From the sequence record PZ509022.1: a DNA stretch of 64,000 nucleotides; one strand, given 5' to 3'. Source of the DNA: a phage. The position numbers and the translations under genes were made by a program. The notes under the pieces are model-generated. The model was given only the letters and a program-made list of their open reading frames with translations. It did not search any database and was not told where the DNA came from. Numbering within the stretch: the first letter of the stretch is position 1; the number at the start of each line of letters is the position of its first letter. Shown in pieces: positions 45,867-57,880 of the stretch.

Positions 45867-47577
45867 TAACCTTAATTGGTTTGTTGGTGTTGTTGAAGAT
45901 AGAATGGACCCATTAAAATTAGGTCGTGTTCGTGTTCGTGTGGTTGGTTTGCATCCACCTCAAAGAGCACAAGGTGATGTAATGGGTATTCCAACTGAAA
46001 AATTACCATGGATGTCAGTTATTCAACCTATAACTTCTGCAGCAATGTCAGGAATTGGAGGTTCTGTTACAGGGCCAGTAGAAGGAACTAGAGTTTATGG
46101 TCATTTTTTAGACAAATGGAAAACTAACGGAATTGTCCTTGGCACGTATGGTGGAATAGTTCGCGAAAAACCGAATAGACTTGAAGGATTTTCTGACCCA
46201 ACTGGGCAGTATCCTAGACGTTTAGGAAATGATACGAACGTACTAAACCAAGGCGGAGAAGTAGGATATGATTCGTCTTCTAACATTATCCAAGATAGTA
46301 ACTTAGACACCGCAATAAATCCCGATGATAGACCACTATCAGAGATTCCAACCGATGATAATCCAAATATGTCAATGGCTGAAATGCTTCGCCGTGATGA
46401 AGGATTAAGACTAAAAGTTTATTGGGATACCGAAGGATATCCGACAATTGGTATTGGTCATCTTATCATGAAGCAGCCAGTTCGTGATATGGCTCAAATT
46501 AATAAAGTTTTATCAAAACAAGTTGGTCGTGAAATTACAGGAAATCCAGGTTCTATTACAATGGAAGAAGCGACAGCTTTATTTGAGCGTGATTTGGCTG
46601 ATATGCAACGTGACATTAAATCACATTCTAAAGTAGGACCAGTCTGGCAAGCTGTCAACCGTTCTCGTCAAATGGCATTAGAAAATATGGCATTTCAGAT
46701 GGGTGTTGGCGGTGTAGCTAAATTTAACACAATGTTAACTGCTATGTTAGCCGGAGATTGGGAAAAAGCATATAAAGCCGGTCGTGATTCATTGTGGTAT
46801 CAACAAACAAAAGGCCGTGCATCCCGTGTTACCATGATTATTCTTACGGGGAATTTGGAATCATATGGTGTTGAAGTGAAAACTCCAGCTAGGTCTTTAT
46901 CGGCAATGGCTGTGACTGTAGCTAAATCTTCTGACCCTGCTGACCCTCCTATTCCAAATGACTCGAGAATTTTATTCAAAGAACCAGTTTCTTCATATAA
47001 AGGCGAATATCCTTATGTGCATACAATGGAAACTGAAAGCGGACATATTCAGGAATTTGACGATACCCCGGGACAAGAACGATACAGATTAGTTCATCCG
47101 ACTGGAACTTATGAAGAAGTATCACCATCAGGAAGAAGAACAAGAAAAACTGTTGATAATTTGTATGATATAACAAATGCTGATGGTAATTTTTTGGTAG
47201 CCGGTGATAAAAAGACTAACGTCGGTGGATCAGAAATTTATTACAACATGGATAATCATCTTCACCAGATAGATGGAAGTAATACAATATTTGTACGTGG
47301 CGACGAAACGAAAACTGTTGAAGGTAATGGAACTATCCTAGTTAAAGGTAATGTTACTATTATAGTTGAAGGTAATGCTGACATTACAGTTAAAGGAGAT
47401 GCTACCACTTTAGTTGAAGGTAATCAAACTAATACAGTAAATGGAAATCTTTCTTGGAAAGTTGCTGGGACAGTTGATTGGGACGTTGGTGGCGATTGGA
47501 CAGAAAAAATGGCATCTATGAGTTCTATTTCATCTGGTCAATACACAATTGATGGATCGAGGATTGACATTGGCTAA
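45850..47577 (+). CDS. 5: Baseplate hub and tail lysozyme gp5
   Basis: 575-aa ORF; N-terminal OB domain, central lysozyme domain related to e (EMLRRDEGLRLKVYWDTEGYPTIGIGH), C-terminal VxGxxxxx beta-helix repeats. Confidence 0.96.
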   Translation: MEMISNNLNWFVGVVEDRMDPLKLGRVRVRVVGLHPPQRAQGDVMGIPTEKLPWMSVIQPITSAAMSGIGGSVTGPVEGTRVYGHFLDKWKTNGIVLGTYGGIVREKPNRLEGFSDPTGQYPRRLGNDTNVLNQGGEVGYDSSSNIIQDSNLDTAINPDDRPLSEIPTDDNPNMSMAEMLRRDEGLRLKVYWDTEGYPTIGIGHLIMKQPVRDMAQINKVLSKQVGREITGNPGSITMEEATALFERDLADMQRDIKSHSKVGPVWQAVNRSRQMALENMAFQMGVGGVAKFNTMLTAMLAGDWEKAYKAGRDSLWYQQTKGRASRVTMIILTGNLESYGVEVKTPARSLSAMAVTVAKSSDPADPPIPNDSRILFKEPVSSYKGEYPYVHTMETESGHIQEFDDTPGQERYRLVHPTGTYEEVSPSGRRTRKTVDNLYDITNADGNFLVAGDKKTNVGGSEIYYNMDNHLHQIDGSNTIFVRGDETKTVEGNGTILVKGNVTIIVEGNADITVKGDATTLVEGNQTNTVNGNLSWKVAGTVDWDVGGDWTEKMASMSSISSGQYTIDGSRIDIG

Positions 47578-48106
47578 TATACTTCCAATGAGCGCTGATT
47601 TAGGAGAATCCATGGAAGGTTCTTCTATCGACGTCACCTTTACCGCTCAATTAGAAACAGGTGAAACGTTAGTATCTATAAATATAACTAGTTACGAAGA
47701 AACTCCTGGGGTTTTAGTAGAAGAAAATCGTTTATATGGAACGTATGAATCTGTATTTGGATTTGGAAATGATGCGTTGAAATATCGTTTAGATAATGAA
47801 TTTAAAACTGCTGCTTCATGGGAAGACCTTCCAACTGATTCTAATACTCAGTTATATTTATGGAAAGCTCCTCAAAACCTCCAGAAGACATTCACTTACG
47901 AAGTAACATTAATATATGACTACCAAGAACAAGGTGAATCTGGAGGTTCTGGCAGTAATTCTAGGTCATCTTCTGATACTACTGAACCGACGAATCCTCC
48001 AGCTCCAATAAGAAAAACTCTTGTTAAAAATTATACAAAAACTATAGTTGGAAATTGGAGTCGTTGGGCTAATAAATTGAGAAGCTACGTGTATGAGAGG
48101 CCATAA
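47549..48106 (+). CDS. 5.1: gp5.1-like hypothetical protein
   Basis: 185-aa ORF between genes 5 and 5.4; start uncertain. Confidence 0.65.
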
Positions 48107-48400
48107 ATGTCAGGATTGAGTTATGATAAGTGTGTTACTGCCGGCCATGAAGCATGGCCTCCAACAGTTGTGAATGCTACACAAAGTAAAGTATTCACTG
48201 GAGGAATTGCTGTTCTCGTAGCAGGCGATCCAATTACAGAACATACAGAAATTAAAAAGCCATATGAAACACATGGCGGAGTGACACAACCTAGAACTTC
48301 TAAGGTATATGTCACTGGAAAGAAAGCTGTTCAAATGGCTGATCCAATATCATGCGGTGATACTGTGGCTCAGGCATCATCTAAAGTATTCATTAAATAG
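48107..48400 (+). CDS. 5.4: gp5.4 PAAR-repeat spike-tip protein
   Basis: 97-aa ORF directly after 5.1 and before gene 6. Confidence 0.8.
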
Positions 48401-48408
48401 GATTTAAA

Positions 48409-50391
48409 ATGGCAAATACCCCTGTAAATTATCAATTAACAAGAACAGCAAATGCTATTCCCGAGATATTCGTCGGGGGTACGTTTGCTGAAATAAAACA
48501 AAACCTCATTGAATGGCTTAATGGTCAAAATGAATTTTTGGATTATGATTTTGAAGGCTCAAGATTAAACGTTCTGTGTGACCTTTTGGCTTATAATACG
48601 CTGTACATTCAACAGTTTGGTAATGCTGCTGTGTATGAAAGCTTTATGCGTACTGCTAACTTACGAAGTTCAGTTGTTCAAGCTGCACAAGATAACGGAT
48701 ATTTACCTACTTCAAAATCCGCTGCGCAGACCGAAATTATGTTAACATGCACAGATGCATTGAATAGAAATTACATTACTATTCCTCGCGGTACTCGCTT
48801 TTTAGCATATGCAAAGGATACTTCTGTTAATCCTTATAACTTTGTATCTACCGAAGATGTTATTGCTATTCGTGATAAAAATAACCAATATTTTCCGCGT
48901 TTAAAATTGGCCCAGGGGCGTATAGTAAGAACTGAAATCATTTATGATAAGTTAACACCTATTATCATTTATGATAAAAATATTGATAGAAACCAGGTTA
49001 AATTATATGTTGATGGAGCGGAATGGATTAACTGGACGAGAAAGTCAATGGTTCATGCTGGTTCAACATCAACGATTTACTATATGCGTGAAACTATTGA
49101 TGGAAACACTGAATTCTATTTTGGCGAAGGTGAAATTTCTGTTAATGCTTCTGAAGGAGCTTTGACCGCTAATTATATCGGAGGTCTTAAACCTACCCAG
49201 AACTCTACGATTGTTATTGAGTACATCAGTACTAACGGTGCAGATGCGAATGGCGCAGTCGGATTTTCATATGCAGATACATTAACAAATATAACTGTCA
49301 TCAATATTAATGAAAATCCAAACGACGACCCAGATTTTGTCGGAGCAGATGGCGGCGGTGATCCAGAAGATATTGAGCGTATTCGCGAATTGGGTACTAT
49401 TAAACGCGAAACTCAGCAACGATGCGTAACTGCGACTGACTACGATACATTCGTTTCAGAGAGATTTGGTTCTATTATTCAAGCTGTTCAAACTTTCACT
49501 GATTCTACTAAACCTGGGTATGCATTTATTGCTGCTAAACCTAAATCAGGACTGTATTTAACTACTGTACAACGTGAAGATATTAAAAATTATCTCAAAG
49601 ACTATAATTTAGCTCCTATTACGCCATCAATTATTTCTCCTAATTATCTTTTTATTAAGACTAATTTAAAAGTCGCATATGCTTTAAATAAGCTGCAAGA
49701 ATCCGAACAGTGGCTCGAAGGTCAAATAATTGATAAAATTGATCGCTATTATACCGAAGATGTAGAAATTTTTAACTCGTCTTTCGCTAAATCTAAGATG
49801 TTAACTTATGTAGATGATGCAGATCATTCTGTCATTGGTTCATCAGCGACTATTCAAATGGTTCGTGAAGTACAAAACTTCTATAAAACACCTGAAGCAG
49901 GTATTAAATACAATAATCAAATAAAAGATCGTTCTATGGAATCTAATACGTTTTCATTTAATTCTGGACGAAAGGTTGTAAATCCTGATACTGGTTTAGA
50001 AGAAGATGTATTATATGATGTTCGTATAGTATCAACAGACCGAGATTCTAAAGGAATTGGTAAAGTTATTATTGGTCCATTTGCTTCTGGCGATGTTACA
50101 GAAAATGAAAACATTCAGCCATATACAGGCAATGATTTTAATAAATTAGCAAATTCTGATGGACGCGACAAATACTATGTTATCGGTGAAATAAATTATC
50201 CGGCTGACATGATTTATTGGAATATCGCTAAAATTAATTTAACATCTGAAAAATTTGAGGTTCAGACTATTGAATTATATTCTGACCCAACCGATGATGT
50301 TATCTTTACCCGTGATGGTTCACTGATTGTATTTGAAAATGATTTACGTCCGCAATACTTAACTATCGATTTGGAGCCTATATCACAATGA
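48409..50391 (+). CDS. 6: Baseplate wedge protein gp6
   Basis: 660-aa ORF, T4 gp6 length and position. Confidence 0.93.
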   Translation: MANTPVNYQLTRTANAIPEIFVGGTFAEIKQNLIEWLNGQNEFLDYDFEGSRLNVLCDLLAYNTLYIQQFGNAAVYESFMRTANLRSSVVQAAQDNGYLPTSKSAAQTEIMLTCTDALNRNYITIPRGTRFLAYAKDTSVNPYNFVSTEDVIAIRDKNNQYFPRLKLAQGRIVRTEIIYDKLTPIIIYDKNIDRNQVKLYVDGAEWINWTRKSMVHAGSTSTIYYMRETIDGNTEFYFGEGEISVNASEGALTANYIGGLKPTQNSTIVIEYISTNGADANGAVGFSYADTLTNITVININENPNDDPDFVGADGGGDPEDIERIRELGTIKRETQQRCVTATDYDTFVSERFGSIIQAVQTFTDSTKPGYAFIAAKPKSGLYLTTVQREDIKNYLKDYNLAPITPSIISPNYLFIKTNLKVAYALNKLQESEQWLEGQIIDKIDRYYTEDVEIFNSSFAKSKMLTYVDDADHSVIGSSATIQMVREVQNFYKTPEAGIKYNNQIKDRSMESNTFSFNSGRKVVNPDTGLEEDVLYDVRIVSTDRDSKGIGKVIIGPFASGDVTENENIQPYTGNDFNKLANSDGRDKYYVIGEINYPADMIYWNIAKINLTSEKFEVQTIELYSDPTDDVIFTRDGSLIVFENDLRPQYLTIDLEPISQ

Positions 50392-53300
50392 CAGTAAAAG
50401 CACCTTCAGTCACTAGTCTCAGAATTTCCAAGTTATCCGCAAATCAGGTGCAAGTACGCTGGGATGACGTTGGTGCTAATTTCTACTATTTTGTAGAAAT
50501 CGCTGAGACAAAAACAGACTCGGGGGAAAATCTCCCGAGTGATCAATATCGTTGGATTAATTTAGGATATACAGCAAACAATAGTTTCTTTTTTGATGAT
50601 GCTGATCCACTAACATCATACATCATTAGAGTAGCTACAGCTGCACAAGATTTTGAGCAATCTGATTGGGTTTATACGGAAGAGTTTGAAACTTTTGCTA
50701 CGAATGCTTACACATTTCAAAACATGATTGAAATGCAATTAGCCAATAAATTCATTCAGGAAAAATTTACTCTTAACAATTCTAATTATGTCAATTTTAA
50801 TAATGACACTATAATGGCTGCATTGATGAATGAATCGTTCCAATTCAGCCCATCATATGTTGATGTTTCATCAATCAGTAATTTTATTATTGGTGAAAAT
50901 GAGTATCATGAAATACAAGGTTCCATTCAGCAAGTATGTAAGGATATTAACCGAGTTTATTTGATGGAATCAGAAGGGATTCTATATCTTTTTGAGCGTT
51001 ATCAACCCGTGGTTAAAGTATCTAATGATAAAGGACAAACCTGGAAAGCTGTGAAGCTCTTCAATGACCGTGTAGGATATCCTTTATCTAAGACAGTATA
51101 TTACCAATCTGCGAACACAACATACGTTCTAGGATACGACAAGATTTTCTATGGCCGTAAATCGACTGACGTTAGATGGTCAGCAGATGATGTCAGATTC
51201 AGTTCGCAGGATATAACATTTGCTAAACTTGGCGACCAGTTACATTTAGGATTTGATGTAGAAATCTTTGGTACTTATGCGACTTTACCAGCGAATGTAT
51301 ATCGTATAGCTGAAGCCATTACTTGTACGGATGATTATATCTATGTTGTTGCCAGAGATAAAGTTAGATATATAAAAACGAGTAATGCACCTATAGATTC
51401 TGACCCGTTATCACCAACATACTCGGAAAGACTTTTTGAACCTGATACAATGACTATAACTGGAAATCCTAAAGCAGTATGCTATAAAATGGATTCTATC
51501 GGTGATAAAGTTTTTGCTCTTATTATTGGTGAAGTTGAAACATTAAATGCCAATCCGAGAACTTCAAAAATAATTGATTCTGCTGATAAAGGAATATATG
51601 TTTTAAATCATGACGAAAAAACATGGAAAAGAGTTTTCGGTAATACCGAAGAAGAAAGAAGACGTATTCAACCTGGATACGCAAACATGTCAACTGACGG
51701 TAAATTAGTTTCTCTGTCTTCGAGTAATTTTAAATTTTTAAATGATAACGTTGTTAATGACCCTGAAACTGTAGCAAAATATCAGTTAATCGGTGCCGTT
51801 AAATATGAATTTCCTCGTGAATGGTTAGCTGATAAGCATTATCATATGATGGCATTTATAGCAGATGAAAAGTCTGATTGGGAAACTTTTACGCCTCAGC
51901 CAATGAAATACTATGCAGAACCATTCTTTAACTGGTCTAAAAAGTCTAATACACGGTGCTGGATAAACAACTCTAATAGGGCTGTGGTAGTTTATGCAGA
52001 TTTAAAATATACTAAAGTTATTGAAAATTTTCCAGAAACATCGCCAGATAGATTAGTTCATGAATACTGGGATGACGGCGATTGCACTATAGTAATGCCA
52101 AACGTTAAATTCACGGGATTTAAAAAATATGCGTCTGGGATGCTTTTTTATAAATCCTCTGGTGAAATAATTTCTTATTACGATTTTAACTATCGAGTGA
52201 GAGACACGGTTGAAATAATTTGGAAGCCAACTGGAATATTTTTAAAAGCATTTTTACAAAACCAAGAGCATGAAACTCCTTGGGCACCAGAAGAAGAGCA
52301 CGGATTAGCTGACCCTGATTTAAGACCATTGATTGGCACAATGATGCCTGATTCTTATTTACTACAAGATTCGAATTTTGAGGCATTTTGCGAAGCATAT
52401 ATTCAATATCTTTCTGATGGATATGGAACTCAGTATAACAATTTACGAAATTTAATTCGTAACAAATATCCACGAGAAGAGCATGCATGGGAATATTTGT
52501 GGTCAGAGATATATAAAAGAAACATTTATTTAAATGCTGACAAACGTGATGCTGTTGCAAGATTTTTTGAATCACGTAGCTATGATTTTTATTCTACTAA
52601 AGGAATTGAAGCATCATACAAATTTCTTTTTAAAGTTCTTTATAATGAAGAAGTTGAAATTGAAATTGAATCTGGTGCTGGTACTGAATACGATATAATC
52701 GTTCAATCTGATTCTTTAACTGAAGATTTGGTAGGACAAACGATTTATACATCTACAGGAAGATGTAATGTTACTTATATAGAAAGAAGTTATTCTAATG
52801 GTAAATTGCAATGGACCGTAACTATTCATAATCTTTTGGGAAGATTAATTGCTGGTCAAGAAGTTAAAGCAGAAAGACTTCCGAGTTTTGAAGGCGAAAT
52901 TATTCGTGGTGTTAAAGGAAAGGATTTGCTTCAAAATAATATAGACTATATTAATAGAAGCCGATCATATTATGTAATGAAAATTAAATCCAATTTACCT
53001 TCTTCTCGCTGGAAATCTGACGTTATTCGTTTTGTTCATCCAGTAGGATTTGGATTTATAGCAATTACCCTTTTAACGATGTTTATTAATGTTGGTTTAA
53101 CTCTTAAACACACAGAGACTATAATTAATAAATACAAAAACTACAAATGGGATTCTGGATTGCCTACTGAATATGCTGATAGAGTAGCTAAATTAACTCC
53201 AACTGGCGAAATTGAACATGATTCAGTGACAGGAGAAGCAATTTATGAACCTGGCCCAATGGCTGGTGTAAAATATCCTCTTCCTGATGACTATAATGCT

Positions 53301-53486
53301 GAAAATAGTAATTCAATATTTCAAGGTCAATTGCCTTCTGAACGACGCAAGTTAATGAGTCCTCTATTTGACGCATCTGGAACAACATTTGCACAGTTTA
53401 GGGATTTAGTTAATAAACGTCTAAAAGATAATATAGGAAATCCAAGAGACCCTGAAAATCCAACACAGGTTAAAATAGATGAATGA
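50388..53486 (+). CDS. 7: Baseplate wedge protein gp7
   Basis: 1032-aa ORF, T4 gp7 length and position; start overlaps the gene 6 stop. Confidence 0.93.
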   Translation: MTVKAPSVTSLRISKLSANQVQVRWDDVGANFYYFVEIAETKTDSGENLPSDQYRWINLGYTANNSFFFDDADPLTSYIIRVATAAQDFEQSDWVYTEEFETFATNAYTFQNMIEMQLANKFIQEKFTLNNSNYVNFNNDTIMAALMNESFQFSPSYVDVSSISNFIIGENEYHEIQGSIQQVCKDINRVYLMESEGILYLFERYQPVVKVSNDKGQTWKAVKLFNDRVGYPLSKTVYYQSANTTYVLGYDKIFYGRKSTDVRWSADDVRFSSQDITFAKLGDQLHLGFDVEIFGTYATLPANVYRIAEAITCTDDYIYVVARDKVRYIKTSNAPIDSDPLSPTYSERLFEPDTMTITGNPKAVCYKMDSIGDKVFALIIGEVETLNANPRTSKIIDSADKGIYVLNHDEKTWKRVFGNTEEERRRIQPGYANMSTDGKLVSLSSSNFKFLNDNVVNDPETVAKYQLIGAVKYEFPREWLADKHYHMMAFIADEKSDWETFTPQPMKYYAEPFFNWSKKSNTRCWINNSNRAVVVYADLKYTKVIENFPETSPDRLVHEYWDDGDCTIVMPNVKFTGFKKYASGMLFYKSSGEIISYYDFNYRVRDTVEIIWKPTGIFLKAFLQNQEHETPWAPEEEHGLADPDLRPLIGTMMPDSYLLQDSNFEAFCEAYIQYLSDGYGTQYNNLRNLIRNKYPREEHAWEYLWSEIYKRNIYLNADKRDAVARFFESRSYDFYSTKGIEASYKFLFKVLYNEEVEIEIESGAGTEYDIIVQSDSLTEDLVGQTIYTSTGRCNVTYIERSYSNGKLQWTVTIHNLLGRLIAGQEVKAERLPSFEGEIIRGVKGKDLLQNNIDYINRSRSYYVMKIKSNLPSSRWKSDVIRFVHPVGFGFIAITLLTMFINVGLTLKHTETIINKYKNYKWDSGLPTEYADRVAKLTPTGEIEHDSVTGEAIYEPGPMAGVKYPLPDDYNAENSNSIFQGQLPSERRKLMSPLFDASGTTFAQFRDLVNKRLKDNIGNPRDPENPTQVKIDE

Positions 53487-54483
53487 TTCAAGTGTTATCT
53501 ATCGTGCGATAGTTACTTCAAAATTTAGAACAGAAAAAATGTTGAATTTTTATAATTCAATTGGGAGTGGTCCGGATAAAAACACTATCTTTATCACATT
53601 TGGAAGATCAGAACCGTGGTCATCAAATGAAAATGAGGTGGGCTTTGCTCCACCTTATCCAACTGATTCTGTATTGGGTGTAACTGACATGTGGACTCAT
53701 ATGATGGGAACCGTAAAGGTTCTTCCATCTATGCTTGATGCAGTTATTCCTCGCAGAGATTGGGGAGATACTAGATATCCGGATCCATACACATTTAGAA
53801 TTAACGATATTGTAGTGTGTAACTCAGCTCCTTACAATGCTACTGAATCAGGCGCAGGATGGCTAGTATATCGTTGTTTAGATGTTCCTGACACAGGAAC
53901 ATGCTCAATAACATCTTTGACTGACAAGGATGAATGTATTAAGTTAGGTGGAAAATGGACTCCTTCTGCTAGGTCAATGACTCCTCCTGAAGGTCGAGGA
54001 GATGCTGAAGGAACAATTGAACCTGGGGACGGGTATGTGTGGGAATATCTATTTGAGATTCCGCCTGATGTATCTATAAATAGATGCACGAATGAATATA
54101 TCGTGGTTCCTTGGCCTGAGGAATTAAAAGAAGACCCGACTAGATGGGGGTATGAAGATAATCTCACTTGGCAGCAAGATGATTTTGGATTAATTTACCG
54201 TGTTAAGGCAAATACTATCCGTTTTAAAGCATATTTAGATTCAGTTTATTTTCCTGAAGCTGCATTGCCAGGAAATAAAGGATTTAGACAAATATCAATA
54301 ATCACGAATCCTCTTGAAGCTAAAGCTCATCCAAATGACCCAAACGTTAAAGCTGAAAAGGATTATTATGATCCGGAAGATTTAATGAGGCATTCGGGCG
54401 AAATGATTTATATGGAAAATAGGCCACCTATTATTATGGCAATGGATCAGACAGAAGAAATCAATATTCTGTTTACATTTTAA
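53479..54483 (+). CDS. 8: Baseplate wedge protein gp8
   Basis: 334-aa ORF, T4 gp8 length and position. Confidence 0.93.
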   Translation: MNDSSVIYRAIVTSKFRTEKMLNFYNSIGSGPDKNTIFITFGRSEPWSSNENEVGFAPPYPTDSVLGVTDMWTHMMGTVKVLPSMLDAVIPRRDWGDTRYPDPYTFRINDIVVCNSAPYNATESGAGWLVYRCLDVPDTGTCSITSLTDKDECIKLGGKWTPSARSMTPPEGRGDAEGTIEPGDGYVWEYLFEIPPDVSINRCTNEYIVVPWPEELKEDPTRWGYEDNLTWQQDDFGLIYRVKANTIRFKAYLDSVYFPEAALPGNKGFRQISIITNPLEAKAHPNDPNVKAEKDYYDPEDLMRHSGEMIYMENRPPIIMAMDQTEEINILFTF

Positions 54484-54488
54484 ATTAA

Positions 54489-54506
54489 GGGAGCCCATGG
54501 GCTCCC
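54489..54506 (+). terminator. Rho-independent terminator after gene 8
   Basis: Palindrome GGGAGCCCATGGGCTCCC followed by TTTTT. Confidence 0.65.
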
Positions 54507-54514
54507 TTTTTCTT

Positions 54515-54522
54515 TATAAATA
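54515..54522 (+). promoter_or_regulatory. Late promoter box TATAAATA for gene 9
   Basis: Exact TATAAATA about 25 nt upstream of the gene 9 ATG. Confidence 0.65.
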
Positions 54523-54546
54523 CTATAAACTCATAAGGAAACCGCT

Positions 54547-55413
54547 ATGTTCATTCAAGAACCAAAGAAATTGATTGATACCGGCGAAATTGGTAACGCT
54601 TCTACTGGTGATATCTTATTCGACGGTGGTAATAAAATTAATAGTGATTTTAACGCAATTTATAATGCGTTTGGCGATCAGCGCAAAATGGCAGTAGCAA
54701 ATGGCACTGGAGCAGATGGTCAAATTATCCATGCTACTGGGTATTATCAAAAACACTCTATTACAGAGTACGCAACTCCAGTGAAAGTTGGCACTAGACA
54801 TGATATTGATACCTCTACTGTAGGTGTTAAAGTTATTATTGAAAGAGGCGAACTCGGCGATTGTGTTGAATTCATTAACTCTAATGGATCAATATCAGTT
54901 ACTAATCCTTTAACAATTCAAGCTATTGATTCAATTAAAGGTGTTTCAGGTAATTTAGTAGTAACTAGCCCATATAGTAAAGTAACTTTACGCTGTATTT
55001 CATCTGATAATTCTACATCGGTTTGGAATTATTCTATTGAAAGTATGTTTGGACAAAAGGAATCACCAGCTGAAGGTACATGGAATATTTCTACATCCGG
55101 ATCAGTTGATATTCCACTATTTCATCGCACTGAATACAATATGGCTAAATTGTTAGTTACGTGCCAATCGGTAGATGGAAGAAAAATTAAAACAGCAGAA
55201 ATAAATATTCTTGTGGATAATGTTAATTCAGAGGTCATTTCTTCTGAATATGCTGTCATGCGAGTTGGGAATGAAACTGAAGAAGACGAAATCGCTAATA
55301 TTGCATTTAGTATTAAAACAAATTATGTAACAGCGACTATAAGTTCTTCAACTGTCGGTATGAGAGCAGCAGTTAAAGTTATCGCTACGCAGAAAATCGG
55401 GGTGGCTCAATAA
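54547..55413 (+). CDS. 9: Baseplate wedge / long tail-fibre attachment protein gp9
   Basis: 288-aa ORF starting MFIQEPKKLIDTGEIGNASTGD, matching T4 gp9. Confidence 0.93.
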   Translation: MFIQEPKKLIDTGEIGNASTGDILFDGGNKINSDFNAIYNAFGDQRKMAVANGTGADGQIIHATGYYQKHSITEYATPVKVGTRHDIDTSTVGVKVIIERGELGDCVEFINSNGSISVTNPLTIQAIDSIKGVSGNLVVTSPYSKVTLRCISSDNSTSVWNYSIESMFGQKESPAEGTWNISTSGSVDIPLFHRTEYNMAKLLVTCQSVDGRKIKTAEINILVDNVNSEVISSEYAVMRVGNETEEDEIANIAFSIKTNYVTATISSSTVGMRAAVKVIATQKIGVAQ

Positions 55414-57221
55414 TGAAACAAAATATTAATATCGGTAATGTTGTTGATGATGGTACCGGTGACTACCTGCGTAAAGGTGGTATAAAAATAAATGAAAACT
55501 TTGATGAACTTTATTATGAACTTGGCGATGGAGATGTTCCATATTCAGCCGGTGCCTGGAAAACTTATAATGCTTCATCCGGTCAAACATTAAAAGCTAA
55601 GTGGGGAAAATCATACGCTATTAATACCTCTTCTGGAAGAGTAACTTTACAACTTCCTAAAGGAACTGTTAATGATTATAATAAAGTAATTAGAGCTAGG
55701 GATGTATTTGCAACATGGAACATTAATCCAGTTACTTTAGTAGCTGCTTCTGGGGATACAATTAAAGGGTCGTCATCGTCAGTTGAAATTAATATTCAAT
55801 TTAGTGATTTAGAGCTCGTTTATTGCGCTCCAGGACGTTGGGAGTATGTCAAAAACAAACAAATTGATAAAATTATTAGTTCAGATATTAGTAATGTAGC
55901 TCGCAAAGAATTTTTAGTAGAAGTTCAAGGACAAACTGACTTTTTAGATGTTTTCCATGGAACTAGTTATAATGTCAATAACATCAGAGTAAAACACCGC
56001 GGTAACGAATTATATTACGGCGATGTATTTAGTGAAAACAGTGACTTTGGCTCTCCGGGCGAAAATGAAGGAGAACTAGTTCCTCTTGATGGATTTAATA
56101 TTCGATTAAGACAGCCTTGTAATATTGGCGACACTGTTCAAATTGAAACGTTTATGGATGGTGTATCACAATGGAGAAGTTCATATACAAGACGTCAAAT
56201 TAGATTGTTAGATTCAAAATTAACGTCAAAAACTTCTTTAGAAGGAAGCATTTACGTTACTGATTTATCAACAATGAAATCAATTCCATTTTCTGCTTTT
56301 GGATTAATTCCAGGAGAACCTATTAATCCTAACTCTCTTGAGGTTCGTTTTAATGGAATTTTGCAGGAATTAGCTGGCACAGTTGGAATGCCATTATTTC
56401 ATTGTGTTGGTGCCGATTCAGACGATGAAGTAGAATGCTCTGTTTTAGGTGGAACTTGGGAACAATCTCATACCGATTATTCAGTTGAAACTGATGAAAA
56501 CGGCATACCTGAAATTTTACATTTCGATAGAGTATTTGAGCATGGTGACATTATCAATATCACCTGGTTTAATAATGATTTGGGTACATTATTAACAAAA
56601 GACGAGATTATTGATGAAACTGATAATCTTTATGTATCGCAAGGACCAGGGGTAGATATTTCCGGTGATGTAAATTTAACAGACTTCGATAAAATTGGTT
56701 GGCCAAATGTAGAAGCAGTTCAATCTTATCAACGCGAATTTAATGCTGTTTCAAATATCTTTGATACGATTTATCCTATTGGAACTATATATGAAAACGC
56801 TGTTAATCCAAACAACCCTGTTACATATATGGGATTTGGCTCATGGAAATTATTTGGGCAAGGAAAAGTTTTAGTTGGATGGAATGAAGATATTTCGGAT
56901 CCGAATTTTGCTCTAAATAACAACGATTTAGATTCTGGCGGAAATCCTTCGCATACTGCAGGTGGAACAGGTGGTTCTACTTCTGTTACATTGGAAAATG
57001 CTAATCTTCCTGCAACTGAAACAGATGAAGAAGTTCTAATAGTTGATGAAAATGGATCAGTCATTGTTGGTGGGTGTCAATACGATCCAGATGAATCCGG
57101 TCCAATTTACACTAAATACCGTGAAGCTAAAGCATCTACTAACTCTACTCACACTCCGCCAACATCAATAACTAACATTCAACCGTATATTACAGTTTAT
57201 CGTTGGATAAGGATTGCATAA
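55413..57221 (+). CDS. 10: Baseplate wedge / short tail-fibre attachment protein gp10
   Basis: 602-aa ORF, T4 gp10 length and position. Confidence 0.93.
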   Translation: MKQNINIGNVVDDGTGDYLRKGGIKINENFDELYYELGDGDVPYSAGAWKTYNASSGQTLKAKWGKSYAINTSSGRVTLQLPKGTVNDYNKVIRARDVFATWNINPVTLVAASGDTIKGSSSSVEINIQFSDLELVYCAPGRWEYVKNKQIDKIISSDISNVARKEFLVEVQGQTDFLDVFHGTSYNVNNIRVKHRGNELYYGDVFSENSDFGSPGENEGELVPLDGFNIRLRQPCNIGDTVQIETFMDGVSQWRSSYTRRQIRLLDSKLTSKTSLEGSIYVTDLSTMKSIPFSAFGLIPGEPINPNSLEVRFNGILQELAGTVGMPLFHCVGADSDDEVECSVLGGTWEQSHTDYSVETDENGIPEILHFDRVFEHGDIINITWFNNDLGTLLTKDEIIDETDNLYVSQGPGVDISGDVNLTDFDKIGWPNVEAVQSYQREFNAVSNIFDTIYPIGTIYENAVNPNNPVTYMGFGSWKLFGQGKVLVGWNEDISDPNFALNNNDLDSGGNPSHTAGGTGGSTSVTLENANLPATETDEEVLIVDENGSVIVGGCQYDPDESGPIYTKYREAKASTNSTHTPPTSITNIQPYITVYRWIRIA

Positions 57222-57880
57222 TGAGTTTACTTAATAATAAAGCGGGAGTTATTTCCCGCTTAGCCGATTTTCTTGGTTTTAGACCTAAAGCTGGTAATAT
57301 AGATGTAATGAATCGTCAATCAGTTGGGTCAGTGACAATTTCTCAATTAGCGAAAGGTTTTTATGAACCAAACGTAGAATCAGCTATTAATGACGTTCAT
57401 AATTTTTCTATAAAAGACGTTGGTACAATTATTACTAATAAAACTGGTGTTTCTCCTGAGGGTGTTTCTCAAACTGATTATTGGGCATTTTCTGGAACTG
57501 TAACAGACGATTCTCTTCCTCCGGGTTCTCCTGTTACGGTATTAGTATTTGGTCTTCCAGTTTCAGCAACAACTGGAATGACGGCAATTGAGTTTGTTGC
57601 AAAAGTTCGTGTTGCCATTCAAGAAGCTATTGCGTCATTTACTGCTATCAACTCATATAAAGACCATCCAACAGATGGTAGTAAATTAGAAGTTACTTAT
57701 TTAGATAATCAAAAACATGTATTAAGCACATATTCTACATATGGAATAACTATTTCACAGGAAATTATTTCTGAGTCTAAACCTGGCTACGGTACATGGA
57801 ATTTATTAGGCGCACAAACGGTAACTTTAGATAATCAGCAGACTCCTACAGTATTTTATCATTTTGAGAGAACAGCATGA
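57221..57880 (+). CDS. 11: Baseplate wedge protein gp11
   Basis: Start placed at [10 protein letters not shown] (219 aa), overlapping the gene 10 stop as TAATG; the ORF-track start is 6 codons longer. Confidence 0.9.
   Translation: MSLLNNKAGVISRLADFLGFRPKAGNIDVMNRQSVGSVTISQLAKGFYEPNVESAINDVHNFSIKDVGTIITNKTGVSPEGVSQTDYWAFSGTVTDDSLPPGSPVTVLVFGLPVSATTGMTAIEFVAKVRVAIQEAIASFTAINSYKDHPTDGSKLEVTYLDNQKHVLSTYSTYGITISQEIISESKPGYGTWNLLGAQTVTLDNQQTPTVFYHFERTA

Noticed and set aside
46101-46310. 69-aa minus-strand ORF
   Set aside because: Antisense within gene 5.
52186-52575. 129-aa minus-strand ORF
   Set aside because: Antisense within gene 7.
53832-54167. 111-aa minus-strand ORF
   Set aside because: Antisense within gene 8.
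56771-57064. 97-aa minus-strand ORF
   Set aside because: Antisense within gene 10.
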